Below are positions 9,630 through 18,988 of a DNA stretch of 64,000 nt, piece after piece; position 1 is the first letter of the stretch; each line of letters begins with the position of its first letter. Both the position numbers and the translations under genes were made by a program. The notes beneath the pieces are model-generated. The model saw only the letters and a program-made list of their open reading frames with translations, did no database searches and was not told the origin of the DNA. Origin of the DNA: Candidatus Saccharimonadota bacterium (GTDB lineage Bacteria > Patescibacteriota > Saccharimonadia > Saccharimonadales > Saccharimonadaceae); assembly GCA_024697865.1 (NCBI GenBank), contig JAILSC010000019.1, forward strand, positions 23,526-87,525. The letters are read 5' to 3'.

Positions 9630-10640
9630 ATGAGAGTCAATGAAAATATTTTAATTTCTAGTCTTACTACCATGCGCCTTGGCGGCCCAGCTCGCTACGT
9701 GATTGAAGTAGAATCGCCTCGCGATGTAGCTGACGCCTATGGTTTTGCCCGCACTTTTAATCTACCAGTTTTCGTACTAGGCTACGGAGCCAATACCATT
9801 GGTCACGATGAAGGCTTCAATGGCATTATTATGATTAATCGAATGCGTGGCATTACCGAAGAACCTACCGCAAACGGCGTTCAACTTAAAATCATGGGGG
9901 GTGAATACTGGGATAACGTTGTTGAATATAGTACCAATAAAGGCCTCACTGGCATCGAAGCTCTCAGTAAAATTCCTGGTCTAGCTGGTGCTGCTCCTGT
10001 GCAAAATATTGGAGCTTACGGCCAAGAAATCGCCGACACGCTTGTTAGCATTGAAGTTTACGACACCGCTAGTGGCACCTTCCGTACCCTTACTCACGAT
10101 GAGCTTGGTTTTTCCTATCGTCACAGCATCCTCAATACCACCGAATACGGCCGTTATTTTGTAATTTCTATCACCATCAAACTCCAGCCCGGCCAAATGC
10201 AACGCCCCTTTTATAACTCCATCGAAACTTATATCGACGAAAACGGTCTCACGGATTTCAGTCCTGCCAGCATGCGCGCCATTGTCTCCGCTATTCGCGC
10301 CGACAAACTTCCTGATCCCACCGAAAAAGCCAGCGCTGGTTCTTTCTTCAAGAATATCTATATTTCCGAAGCCGAAGCCGAAATCGCCGGAGATAAAGGC
10401 TATCCCGTTCACCGTGGCAACGATGGTATTAAAATCAGTTCTGCCTGGCTAATTGAGCAATGTAAGCTTAAAGGCAAACTCCTCCACGGCTTCCGCGTCA
10501 ATGAAAAGGCCCCTCTAGTTCTCATCAATGAGTCCGCCACCAGTTATCAGGATTTAGATAAAGCCCGAGCCGAAATCATTAACAAAGTTTATGATAAATT
10601 CGGCTACTGGCTTGAACAAGAGCCTGTGGAGATTGGCTAA
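9630..10640 (+). CDS. murB: UDP-N-acetylenolpyruvoylglucosamine reductase
   Basis: IPG..GAAPVQNIGAYG.E, F.YR.S, SAGSFFKN, L..EP. Confidence 0.95.
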   Translation: MRVNENILISSLTTMRLGGPARYVIEVESPRDVADAYGFARTFNLPVFVLGYGANTIGHDEGFNGIIMINRMRGITEEPTANGVQLKIMGGEYWDNVVEYSTNKGLTGIEALSKIPGLAGAAPVQNIGAYGQEIADTLVSIEVYDTASGTFRTLTHDELGFSYRHSILNTTEYGRYFVISITIKLQPGQMQRPFYNSIETYIDENGLTDFSPASMRAIVSAIRADKLPDPTEKASAGSFFKNIYISEAEAEIAGDKGYPVHRGNDGIKISSAWLIEQCKLKGKLLHGFRVNEKAPLVLINESATSYQDLDKARAEIINKVYDKFGYWLEQEPVEIG

Positions 10641-11425
10641 TGAAAATTCTAAACGGTTCCGAACTAGCTGGCTTTATTAAAGAGCGTCAGGCCCACGTGG
10701 TTCGCAGCTTAAATCCTAGGCCTAAACTTCTGATCATTCGCGACAACGATAATCCTGTAATCATGAAATATGTCAATCTTAAAATCAAATACGGTGAAGA
10801 CATCGGTGTCGCCGTAGAAGATTTTTGCGCTGACAGTTCAGCTGCAATCGCCACCAAAATTCAATCTGCCAATCAAGATCCCGCCATTAGTGGTATTATC
10901 ATCCAACTACCTCTCACCGATAAATCGCAAACCGACGAGCTCTGCAATCTCATCGCTCCCGAAAAAGATGTCGACGGTCTCGGCGCAGAAGCTAAATTTG
11001 ACTCCGCCACCGCCACTGCCATTAATTGGCTGCTTACTGGCTACGATATTAACCTGCAAAACGCTAAAATCGCTCTCGTCGGGCGCGGTAAGCTCGTCGG
11101 CGCACCATTATACAAAATGTTCACGAACTCCGGCTACGACATCGAACTCTTCCACCGTGGTTCAGACTTGACAAAGCTTAAACAATATGATGTAATTATT
11201 ACAGCTACTGGTGTACCTGGCTTAATTTCTAGCGATATGATTAGTCCTGGTGCCGTTATCGTCGACGCCGGTACCGCCAGCGAAGACGGAGTCTTAAAGG
11301 GCGATGTCGCTCCCGAAATTCGTGATCGTCAAGATCTCACCGCTATCACCCCAGTAAAGGGCGGTGTCGGGCCACTTACCATCACCTGCCTCTATGATCA
11401 CGTCATTCGTGCTGCTCAAAAATAA
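10640..11425 (+). CDS. folD: Bifunctional methylenetetrahydrofolate dehydrogenase/cyclohydrolase
   Basis: GIIIQLPL, KDVDGL, VGRGKLVG.P, GAVIVDAG, TPVKGGVGPLTI. Confidence 0.93.
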   Translation: MKILNGSELAGFIKERQAHVVRSLNPRPKLLIIRDNDNPVIMKYVNLKIKYGEDIGVAVEDFCADSSAAIATKIQSANQDPAISGIIIQLPLTDKSQTDELCNLIAPEKDVDGLGAEAKFDSATATAINWLLTGYDINLQNAKIALVGRGKLVGAPLYKMFTNSGYDIELFHRGSDLTKLKQYDVIITATGVPGLISSDMISPGAVIVDAGTASEDGVLKGDVAPEIRDRQDLTAITPVKGGVGPLTITCLYDHVIRAAQK

Positions 11426-11434
11426 TTTCTCAAC

Positions 11435-11470
11435 AAAAAACGAACCAATGCGTGCGCTGGTTCGTTTTTT
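11435..11470. terminator. Bidirectional terminator hairpin after folD
   Basis: AAAAAACGAACCA...TGGTTCGTTTTTT. Confidence 0.75.
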
Positions 11471-11511
11471 ATGTGAAGCGGCCCCCAACCCTACTTAAAC
11501 TCAGCTAACTC

Positions 11512-11539
11512 CGAACTGGGAGAATTAACTCCCAGTTCG
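11512..11539. terminator. Hairpin downstream of the DUF11 gene
   Basis: CGAACTGGGAG-aattaa-CTCCCAGTTCG. Confidence 0.6.
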
Positions 11540-11551
11540 AAACCTTAAAGT

Positions 11552-12805
11552 TTAAGCCATTTTGCGGCTAGCAATGAAGTAACCCAATGTAGTCACTGCA
11601 GCGCCTGCACCCACAGCCCCCATCACGATAGTACCAGGACCGGTACTGACGATCGTACCCGGGTTATCAGGAGTTGGGTTTACTGGAGTTGGTTTATTAC
11701 GACAAGTTTCGTCATCTTTAACCACAAACACCGAAGCGTCATCCTTATAAACCCCACCATTTACAGTAGCACTTGCCCAGTTTACTAATTGGTTATTACC
11801 ACAAGCCATGGTTTTGTCCACGACTTTACCAGTAAACCGTACATAAGCGTTACCCTTAGCAGCATAGCTACCAATATTCAAACCAGAAGTAGTTACTGTG
11901 TTGTCCTTAAGGAGCACACCATTCTGATATTGAGAGTTAAACAAATAGGTAGAATCTTGGACATATTCTACGTTCGTAGGCAAAATGTCCCGAATCATCA
12001 CATTGTTTACCTGATCGGCTAATAAGTTGACGTATTTGATCTGATATTCAACTTCGTCACCTACCTTAGCTTCCACAGATTCTTTCCATTCAGTGGTACC
12101 TTTCAAACGTACCTTCTTGGTAAGTTCAGCACCTACTGATTTGTGAACTTTCACATTGATAGTTACCACACCAGCATACTGATAACAACCAGGAATTTCC
12201 CCGTTCATCGTAGTGTAACCAAGGGTAGCACCGTTGATGATAATATCATCAGATAACGAGAACACACCTACGTTGTTGTTATATTGAGCCGAACCGCCCA
12301 CATATTCCAAGTAAAAATCTTGGTCAGAGGTCAAAGTTACTTCATCCCAATATCGTTTTGGCGTAGCATTGTCAGCATCCAAATAACCCACAATAGTATG
12401 AGACTTGGCCACGTTGGTTGGCAAGCTAAAAGTAGCTTTTACGCCCGTAGCAGTCATTTGTTCACCTAAACGGTTGTTGTTATGAACGTAAAGACGGATC
12501 GTATAAGTTTGACCATCTTCCACGTTGATCGTATCCGCATTCCAGGTAGTCACGGTTTGACCAGCTACCTTAGCGCCTACGAAGTTCTTTTCATCCCCGA
12601 TCGAAACATTTTGATCAGAGATAGAGTTAAAGGTGATCTTGTCATCAATCTCACCTGCATCGATTTGACTTAGTGAATAGCTAGGACGACCTTCACGGCT
12701 ACCGGAATTGTCACCCCAAGCATACACCATAGCAGGCGCAAACGTTGAAGCCGCAATTACTGCAGCACCAGTTACGCCCATAATAGATTTATAAGCTTTA
12801 CGCAT
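11552..12805 (-). CDS. Secreted surface protein with a DUF11-like (conserved repeat/isopeptide) domain and a C-terminal anchor
   Basis: Start MRKAYK at 12805 with SD GAAAGGA; signal peptide; LTKKV...AKVGDEVEYQI...NNVMIRDILPTNVEYV; C-terminal STG plus hydrophobic helix plus RK. Confidence 0.75.
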   Translation of the reverse strand: MRKAYKSIMGVTGAAVIAASTFAPAMVYAWGDNSGSREGRPSYSLSQIDAGEIDDKITFNSISDQNVSIGDEKNFVGAKVAGQTVTTWNADTINVEDGQTYTIRLYVHNNNRLGEQMTATGVKATFSLPTNVAKSHTIVGYLDADNATPKRYWDEVTLTSDQDFYLEYVGGSAQYNNNVGVFSLSDDIIINGATLGYTTMNGEIPGCYQYAGVVTINVKVHKSVGAELTKKVRLKGTTEWKESVEAKVGDEVEYQIKYVNLLADQVNNVMIRDILPTNVEYVQDSTYLFNSQYQNGVLLKDNTVTTSGLNIGSYAAKGNAYVRFTGKVVDKTMACGNNQLVNWASATVNGGVYKDDASVFVVKDDETCRNKPTPVNPTPDNPGTIVSTGPGTIVMGAVGAGAAVTTLGYFIASRKMA

Positions 12806-12916
12806 AATAATCCTTTCATTAAAAAATGATAATAAATTACTTCTGTTTGCTAGCCGAATTGTTAATTTTCGTCTGTACAAACAGCCAAATCGTCTCAAAT
12901 TTCAAACTTGGATGAG

Positions 12917-12938
12917 CCCGGCGGCAAAAGCCGCCGGG
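12917..12938. terminator. GC-rich hairpin downstream of the 566-aa gene
   Basis: CCCGGCGGC-aaaa-GCCGCCGGG. Confidence 0.6.
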
Positions 12939-12995
12939 ACATTCTGGACTAATGTGCTAGGCTCCCACCAGCCTCATCCTTTGCTATCTATCGAG

Positions 12996-14696
12996 CTAAA
13001 TTGGATCGCTACCATCTCCCCAGGCGGTAGCGGCATTGCTCGAATTATTTGTAATCGCCCCGCCACTAGCCGTTTCGGCCGGTGCGCTAACGGGCGTTGG
13101 TGTGTCAATACCACCGTATCCAGTGCCATTCGCGGCATTATTATCTACGGTAGTACCCGTCGGCGTTTCTGTCGACGGTTGGTTGGAGTCGCCTCCGACT
13201 CGTTGAGTCTGATTGACTTCCGCCAGATAATCCATATATTCCCTATAGGCATCGTAAGAAGGGAAAGAAGTGGAGTTATCGGCTCGATCCTTCGTACTAT
13301 GATTCGGATCATCACCAATCGTGTTCTCACCCGGACCACGGTTGTCGTTTGGCTCCGTGTTGATCGGAGTCAATTTCGATGGGTCCTTCTTTGGACCAGG
13401 GTCAGGAGTTGGGCCAGGCGGATTCGGACTTGGGCTCGGATTGTCCGGGCCTGACGACGTTACCGTCGACTTATCCTGAGCAGTAATCCCCATGATTTCC
13501 GCCACATCGGTCGGCTGATAGCCGCACTCAATCCGGTAAGCCACCTCAAAGGTGTTCCCCTTAATTTCAAAGGTATACACCAATTCATGGCCCGAATGGT
13601 CGTCCGTCAAGAGCACGATGATATCCGGTACTACTCCACCTGCAGTGTGCGGATTCATGTACATTTGATCGGATACCGATTTACACTCGCGTATTTCTAC
13701 CTTGGTGGCCGAATCCAAATACTTAAAGAACGCATCCAGATTCTTAGTATACGCATCCTGGCCGTTATTCATGAATCCGTCCTTTGCCGCATTCATGGTT
13801 TTGGCCCAATCGCCCTGGCAAGATTCATAGAACTCACCGAGATAGCGCGTGCCTACATTGGCATCAAGCCAAGCCGTACTTGCTGCAGCTAGCGCGGGGT
13901 CCTGCTTTAGGCGCTCGCGAAAATCTGCATCATAGTACTTAGCATCCTTTCCGTCCACATACGGATTCGGCCCAAAGTTGTAGTCATTGGACGCATCTCC
14001 GTCATTTTGGAGGTCAGAATTGTAGAATTTGTACCAAGGATCACTATTTTGATCGGTGGTAGTTTCATCTGCGCCAAAAGCGGTCTGGTGAGCAGACGGT
14101 ATTTGGCTCCAAGCCACATTCGCCAACAGACCAAACGCCAGCAGACCAGCAATCACGCTGACCACAATCGTCAGCGCTAAATCGCGCTTTCGCTCCCAAT
14201 CTGTATCATCCATCTCCTTGTAGCGGAAATAGAACAAATTGGCGACCATAAACCCGAAGGCTACCACCACCAATATACTAGGGATCACGAACCCACCAGC
14301 CACCGAAACAGTCGGCCAATAAAACAGGAGCCCTAAAATGACAAAGCGCACCAATGCCTTGCCGTCACCGCCTTCCTTGGCCCACCAAACCATCATACCC
14401 ACATAAAACGCGACCATAATGATTAGGAAAGCCACGCCGATACCAGGCGAAGGACTCTCGGCGACTACAGGAGTAAAAAAGTTAATTAACCCCGTAATCG
14501 TACCAACGCTAAATGCCCAGCGCCAACCGTCGCCGACTTGATCGAAACCAGCGAACTTCTTTCTTGCAACCGCGCCATCGCCTGCAACCTCGAAAGAGGG
14601 GTTTTCTTCGCTGGCGAACTGTTGCATAATACTCGCAATGACAAACGTCACCACGAGCCCGAGTGCTACGCTAAAAATTATGTTGATAGCAACCAT
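12996..14696 (-). CDS. Hypothetical membrane protein: about 6 N-terminal TM helices, a large soluble domain and a Pro/Thr/Asn-rich tail
   Basis: 566-aa ORF with strong SD (GAAAGGAGG) and its own TTGACA-17-TACAAT promoter; family not recognised. Confidence 0.75.
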   Translation of the reverse strand: MVAINIIFSVALGLVVTFVIASIMQQFASEENPSFEVAGDGAVARKKFAGFDQVGDGWRWAFSVGTITGLINFFTPVVAESPSPGIGVAFLIIMVAFYVGMMVWWAKEGGDGKALVRFVILGLLFYWPTVSVAGGFVIPSILVVVAFGFMVANLFYFRYKEMDDTDWERKRDLALTIVVSVIAGLLAFGLLANVAWSQIPSAHQTAFGADETTTDQNSDPWYKFYNSDLQNDGDASNDYNFGPNPYVDGKDAKYYDADFRERLKQDPALAAASTAWLDANVGTRYLGEFYESCQGDWAKTMNAAKDGFMNNGQDAYTKNLDAFFKYLDSATKVEIRECKSVSDQMYMNPHTAGGVVPDIIVLLTDDHSGHELVYTFEIKGNTFEVAYRIECGYQPTDVAEIMGITAQDKSTVTSSGPDNPSPSPNPPGPTPDPGPKKDPSKLTPINTEPNDNRGPGENTIGDDPNHSTKDRADNSTSFPSYDAYREYMDYLAEVNQTQRVGGDSNQPSTETPTGTTVDNNAANGTGYGGIDTPTPVSAPAETASGGAITNNSSNAATAWGDGSDPI

Positions 14697-14947
14697 AGCG
14701 AGCCTCCTTTCATTGTCTGTTCGGAGGCTTCAGCCCCCGAGTCGTGGGGAGTTTGTCCTTACCTTAGATAGCAATTTCAGGCTTCCATTGAAACCTGAGA
14801 TGATTTGGCTGTTAATGGTCCTCGTCGTTTTAAACACACGCAAAACTCAGACTGTCTTCATTGTATCACACTTTAGCAATTTTGTCAATATATATAATAG
14901 GTTTTTGCGCTTATGTCTAATTTATTACTAAGGTAGTGTTTTCCATC

Positions 14948-14978
14948 AGAAAAGGCCGGCTAAAAGCCGACCTTTTCT
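14948..14978. terminator. Terminator hairpin downstream of the 15030-15851 gene
   Basis: AGAAAAGG(c)CGGC-taaaa-GCCG(a)CCTTTTCT. Confidence 0.65.
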
Positions 14979-15029
14979 AACGTACTTGTAGTTCCCTTGA
15001 TATGCGGAGGACCCGGTATAGAGAAGCTG

Positions 15030-15851
15030 CTACAGATAGCATTCCATGTCTTCAGCAGACATATAGCCAAGAACGGCATCCTGCTCGGGATCGTACCAGA
15101 CATTGATGATCTTAGTCTTGCTCAGATCACCGTGGGCCGCCTGCTCAGCCTGACTAAGCCGCTGATACGGGCCGCGCCAACGCCACTTGCCGCTCTTGAA
15201 GGTCTTAGCCATGTACATTTCGCGCGGTATTGCGCCCTCCGGGATCGAAGGATCTTCCGTAGGTTCAGTCTCGGACTGATCAGGGGCGTTCACGGATTCG
15301 GCTTCAGCCATCGGCTCTACGACTTCAGGCTGTTCGGTCTCCGGCTCCAGTTCCACCGGTGGAATTTCCACCTGCGGAACCTCATCCAGCGGAATTGGCT
15401 GATCCTCATCAGGCAGCTCAGTCAAATCCAGTACCATATCCGTGCACCGCTCATCGACGGCAGTACGCCACTCTTCGAGCTCATGAATACGCCACTCATG
15501 GTCCGTCAAGACTCGGTGGTCCTGGACGATCTGATCGCCCAACTGCATAGTGAGTCCAGCCTGGTACTTGAAGTATTTCTCCATCCATTCTGGCATACCA
15601 CACTCAGCCTGACCAGAAGTCTTGGGCTCCACCTTGGGCGCCGCCTTCTTAGCAGTAGGCTTAGAAGCGGCCTCTTGGGCAGCTTTCGCTGCGTTCGTTT
15701 TTCGTGCCTTCGGCACACCCTTTCCCTTCTGTTCGCCGACTTGCACCGGCTTCACGGTCGGTTGGCTCTTGGTCTGGCCCTGTTGGGCCTTCTCTTCCTG
15801 AGCCGCAGCCATCCTTTCCTTTTTCTGGTTCCTAAGCGAGTTCTTGGTCAT
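15030..15851 (-). CDS. Hypothetical protein (basic N-terminus, short coiled coil, acidic Pro/Glu-rich linker, small C-terminal domain)
   Basis: Start MTKNSLRNQ at 15851 with SD GAAAGGAG; TTGACA-17-TATAAT promoter at 15911-15939. Confidence 0.7.
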   Translation of the reverse strand: MTKNSLRNQKKERMAAAQEEKAQQGQTKSQPTVKPVQVGEQKGKGVPKARKTNAAKAAQEAASKPTAKKAAPKVEPKTSGQAECGMPEWMEKYFKYQAGLTMQLGDQIVQDHRVLTDHEWRIHELEEWRTAVDERCTDMVLDLTELPDEDQPIPLDEVPQVEIPPVELEPETEQPEVVEPMAEAESVNAPDQSETEPTEDPSIPEGAIPREMYMAKTFKSGKWRWRGPYQRLSQAEQAAHGDLSKTKIINVWYDPEQDAVLGYMSAEDMECYL

Positions 15852-15954
15852 AGCGTTCTCCTTTCCTAGAGGTCTAATCTCGCTAGTGTATGTTAAACTA
15901 CATAACCTGATTATAGCATACTTAGCACAAATTGTCAATTCCTATAACATAATC

Positions 15955-16049
15955 CAACAAAAATGGTGCGAGTGGAGGGAGTCGCACCGCAGGTCCGACT
16001 CCCGAACCGAAAGTCTATGCAACAAAAATGGTGCGAGTGGAGGGAGTCG
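15955..16049. repeat. 30-bp direct repeat of the tRNA-Gly 3' end plus trailer, separated by a 35-bp insert (core family 3)
   Basis: CAACAAAAATGGTGCGAGTGGAGGGAGTCG at 15955-15984 and 16020-16049. Confidence 0.9.
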
Positions 16050-16103
16050 AACCCTCATCCCAAGTTTGGAAAACTTGTATACTAACCGCTGTACTACACT
16101 CGC
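16029..16103 (-). tRNA. tRNA-Gly(TCC)
   Basis: Cloverleaf; anticodon arm CAAGT-TTTCCAA-ACTTG; encoded CCA. Confidence 0.93.
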
Positions 16104-16115
16104 AACTTTTTAATC

Positions 16116-16233
16116 TGGGGTGGGATAGCGGGATCGAACCGCCGTTTGCCCCTTGGGACGCTTCGGCGGTTCCAGCCGCAATACGCCACGCTGAAACCAT
16201 TGTGTGGGGTGGGATAGCGGGATCGAACCGCCG
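16116..16233. repeat. 29-bp direct repeat of the tRNA-His 3' end separated by a 60-bp insert (core family 2)
   Basis: TGGGGTGGGATAGCGGGATCGAACCGCCG at 16116-16144 and 16205-16233. Confidence 0.9.
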
Positions 16234-16282
16234 ACCTTCGGGACCACAATCCGACGCTCTAACCATCTGAGCTAATCCCACC
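16205..16282 (-). tRNA. tRNA-His(GTG)
   Basis: Cloverleaf; GTG anticodon; encoded G-1 and C73; CCA. Confidence 0.95.
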
Positions 16283-16312
16283 AGATAAAGCACTCCCCCA
16301 TTATATCATATC

Positions 16313-16714
16313 CTATCGCGAAATACCAGGATTCCGTCGCGCTGGCGGTGGAGTCATTTGTCTAGACGATGCCATTTGGTCATTACTAACATCACCACGA
16401 CCAATACTTCCTGCTTCGCCCCTTCTACTCTCACCGAATCTCTCCCTGATTGCCGCTCGTTGATCAGTGTCACGCGTTGCGTCGTAACTCTTAATTTTGG
16501 CGCCTACGTTGCCCAAGGCATCGTTTACTACTCTGGAATCCTTATATCCTCTTACCGTAGTCCGATTTGTCTCAACTCTTTGCCTCTCCGCAAAACTCTG
16601 CGTCGAAGCCGCTCCCATCTTTCCAGCGCCTTGAGCCTCTGCATAGGCCGATGAATGCAACACGTCCTTGCTTTTATCTTTCATCAATCTAGCTAAGAAC
16701 GGGTTCTTTTCCAT
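16313..16714 (-). CDS. Hypothetical protein
   Basis: 133-aa ORF in an operon-like run with SD AGGAG. Confidence 0.65.
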   Translation of the reverse strand: MEKNPFLARLMKDKSKDVLHSSAYAEAQGAGKMGAASTQSFAERQRVETNRTTVRGYKDSRVVNDALGNVGAKIKSYDATRDTDQRAAIRERFGESRRGEAGSIGRGDVSNDQMASSRQMTPPPARRNPGISR

Positions 16715-16722
16715 TTAACTCC

Positions 16723-17337
16723 TTATTTAGGCAAAAGCAAAAACGCCACCGTCCCTGCTGCTGCCCCTAATATTATTGTTAAAATAATCGCAATAACCAT
16801 TCCTGCATGGGCTTGTTTCTCTGGCTTTTCAATGATAGTTACCGGCTCTTCAGGCTTTGCTTCTTTTACCTCTGGCTTCTTCTCGGGATATACATTTTTT
16901 GCCGATAGCGGGCGTTTAACCACTTTTTCCTGATTCACAAAAGGAGTTTTTGGCGGTTGATAAATCGTTTTCGGGGCTTCTTTTGGTTTGGACTTTTCCA
17001 CTGAGTTTTCCACCGATTTAGCAGGTTTGGCGCTCTTCATACCGATCTTTTGCGCTTTTGCCGCAGCTATCCCAGTTCTACCAGTCGTAAAATGCGCTGC
17101 CCGACTTAAAGGCCGTTTTGGGACATCTGATCTTACAAAACGCGTATTTAAATTCTCTACCGCTCCTAATTTTGGCTTATCCTCACTAGCAAATCCCACC
17201 TTATTCGTAGTTTTAATCTCGGCCTTAACTTGAGGCTTGACGGTTTTTACGGTTTTGACGGTTTTTTCTGACGCTACTCTCTTGGTAGTTTTAATTTGTG
17301 GCCTTGTCGGCACAAAATCCATGTATTGCTTTTTCAT
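16723..17337 (-). CDS. Hypothetical Lys/Pro-rich protein with a C-terminal TM anchor
   Basis: Overlaps the tpiA stop; C-terminal hydrophobic helix. Confidence 0.7.
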   Translation of the reverse strand: MKKQYMDFVPTRPQIKTTKRVASEKTVKTVKTVKPQVKAEIKTTNKVGFASEDKPKLGAVENLNTRFVRSDVPKRPLSRAAHFTTGRTGIAAAKAQKIGMKSAKPAKSVENSVEKSKPKEAPKTIYQPPKTPFVNQEKVVKRPLSAKNVYPEKKPEVKEAKPEEPVTIIEKPEKQAHAGMVIAIILTIILGAAAGTVAFLLLPK

Positions 17338-18104
17338 TCTTTCACTCTTTTAGCCACCTCTATTATATCAGTAAATTCACTCAAAATCAAACTTGCGCCC
17401 CCAATCAGCAGCCCGTTTACCCCTGGCACCGTTAAATATGCTCCCGCATTAGAAGAGCTCACGCTCCCACCAAACAATACTGGCACCGCTTTAGCCGACT
17501 CCGCCCCGTAAATATTCGTCAAAACCTCTCGAATTATCTTCACTGCCTCTGCAATCTCATCAGGACCAGCCAATTTTGCCCCCTTTACCGAAGAAATCGC
17601 CCACACCGGTTCATAGGCTATCATCACTTTATCGATATCGTCGTCCGCCACCTCCGACAATCCGCCAGTTAGCTGATCTCGAATCACGTCCGCTGTCTCA
17701 CCAAAAGCTCGTTCACTTTCCGTCTCGCCAATACATAGAATTGGTCGGATTTTATTCCGAATTGCTGCCGCTATCTTTTTAGCAATCATTTTATCGTTTT
17801 CGCCTAAAATATACCGTCGCTCCGAATGTCCCACAATTGCATAATCGACCAATCCTCTCAGTTGCGAAAAAGAAACTTCTCCCGTAAACGCTCCGTAGTC
17901 TCGGTAAAACGCATTCTGCGCACACAACTTCATCTTATGACGGTCTATTTGCAAAGACAACGGTTGCAAAGCAATGGCTGATGGCGCTACCACCACTTCT
18001 ATACCTCTGTAATTTGATGTTTTTCTCAGTAATTTATGAAGATAGATAGAAGCTTCTCCGACTGTAAAATTTAGCTTCCAATTGCCCACGATATAAGTTT
18101 TCAT
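17334..18104 (-). CDS. tpiA: Triosephosphate isomerase
   Basis: VGNWKLN, GAFTGEVS, VGHSERR, AYEPVWAI, GLLIGGASL. Confidence 0.98.
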   Translation of the reverse strand: MKTYIVGNWKLNFTVGEASIYLHKLLRKTSNYRGIEVVVAPSAIALQPLSLQIDRHKMKLCAQNAFYRDYGAFTGEVSFSQLRGLVDYAIVGHSERRYILGENDKMIAKKIAAAIRNKIRPILCIGETESERAFGETADVIRDQLTGGLSEVADDDIDKVMIAYEPVWAISSVKGAKLAGPDEIAEAVKIIREVLTNIYGAESAKAVPVLFGGSVSSSNAGAYLTVPGVNGLLIGGASLILSEFTDIIEVAKRVKE

Positions 18105-18137
18105 AGAATTATTATAACATGGTATAATCGAAGTATT

Positions 18138-18908
18138 ATGAAAAAAGTTTTAGCATTCGACATAGACCAAACCTTAAACATAGCCAAAACTCCTATCGGC
18201 GACGAAATCGCTGACTTATTGATTGGCTGTTTGGATCACTTTGAAATCTGCCCTATCTCTGGCCAAAAATTCGACCAATTTTTAATTCAGATTGTCAATC
18301 GCCTGCAAGATCGCGGAGTTAAGCCTTCTCAACTCGCTCATCTTCACCTCTTCGTAGCTCAAGGTACTCAATATTATCGCTTTAACACCGAGAAAAACGA
18401 TTGGGAGCAAGTTTACAATTACCCCTTAACCGATGAACAGGTCGCCAAAATCACCGAGACAATGGAAGGCGCCGCTAAAGAACTCGGTTTCTGGGAAGAA
18501 GACAAATTACAGGCCGGCGACGAAATCATCGAGAACCGCCTCTCGCAAGTGACTTTCTCTGCCCTCGGCCAGCACGCCGGCACCGAAGAAAAATATGCCT
18601 GGGATCCAGACTGTAAAAAACGTGAACAAATCGTCGCTCGCTGCAAAGAGCTCGCCCCCGAATTTGATTACGAAATTGGTGGCACCACCTCAATTAACGC
18701 TATCACTCCTGGCATGAATAAAGAATTCGGCATGACTCACATGTTAGAGGAACTCAAAGTCGAAAAATCCGACATTCTTTACTTTGGCGACATGACTCAG
18801 CCTGGTGGTAACGACTACCCAGTTGTCCAAATGGGCATTGACACAATTACCGTGCGCAACCACGAAGACACTGCTTTCGCTCTTCGCGGCATTCTCGGTA
18901 TTCTCTAA
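18138..18908 (+). CDS. HAD-IIB hydrolase, phosphomannomutase (eukaryotic PMM)-like
   Basis: FDIDQTL, IENR..QVTFSALGQ, IGGTTSI, FGDM..PGGNDYP. Confidence 0.85.
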   Translation: MKKVLAFDIDQTLNIAKTPIGDEIADLLIGCLDHFEICPISGQKFDQFLIQIVNRLQDRGVKPSQLAHLHLFVAQGTQYYRFNTEKNDWEQVYNYPLTDEQVAKITETMEGAAKELGFWEEDKLQAGDEIIENRLSQVTFSALGQHAGTEEKYAWDPDCKKREQIVARCKELAPEFDYEIGGTTSINAITPGMNKEFGMTHMLEELKVEKSDILYFGDMTQPGGNDYPVVQMGIDTITVRNHEDTAFALRGILGIL

Positions 18909-18988
18909 TTCATTTACGATTATCCTCAAACCCATCATAATATGCTATAATATGCTTAAGCTAATTTAATTTTGAAAGGTGATACATA

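Noticed and set aside
14720-14752. TTCGGAGGCT...CCGAG...GGGAG similarity to the truB insert core
   Set aside because: Only 10 contiguous bases match and the conserved 3' half of family 1 is missing; chance cannot be excluded.
14997-15869. Long antisense ORFs (290 aa here; also 12912-13454, 44117-44773 and many 60-150 aa ORFs)
   Set aside because: They shadow well-supported genes on the opposite strand and have no start signals or recognisable motifs.
15955-16049. Repeat-spacer-repeat (30/35/30 bp) resembling a one-spacer CRISPR array
   Set aside because: The repeat is the tRNA-Gly 3' end plus trailer, there are only two copies and no cas genes; treated as a tRNA-end duplication.
16116-16204. 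Possible extra tRNA or tRNA intron between tRNA-His and tRNA-Gly
   Set aside because: The upstream His gene is already complete with CCA, and the duplicated piece has no D arm or anticodon arm; the same holds for the Gly, Ser and Asp duplicates.
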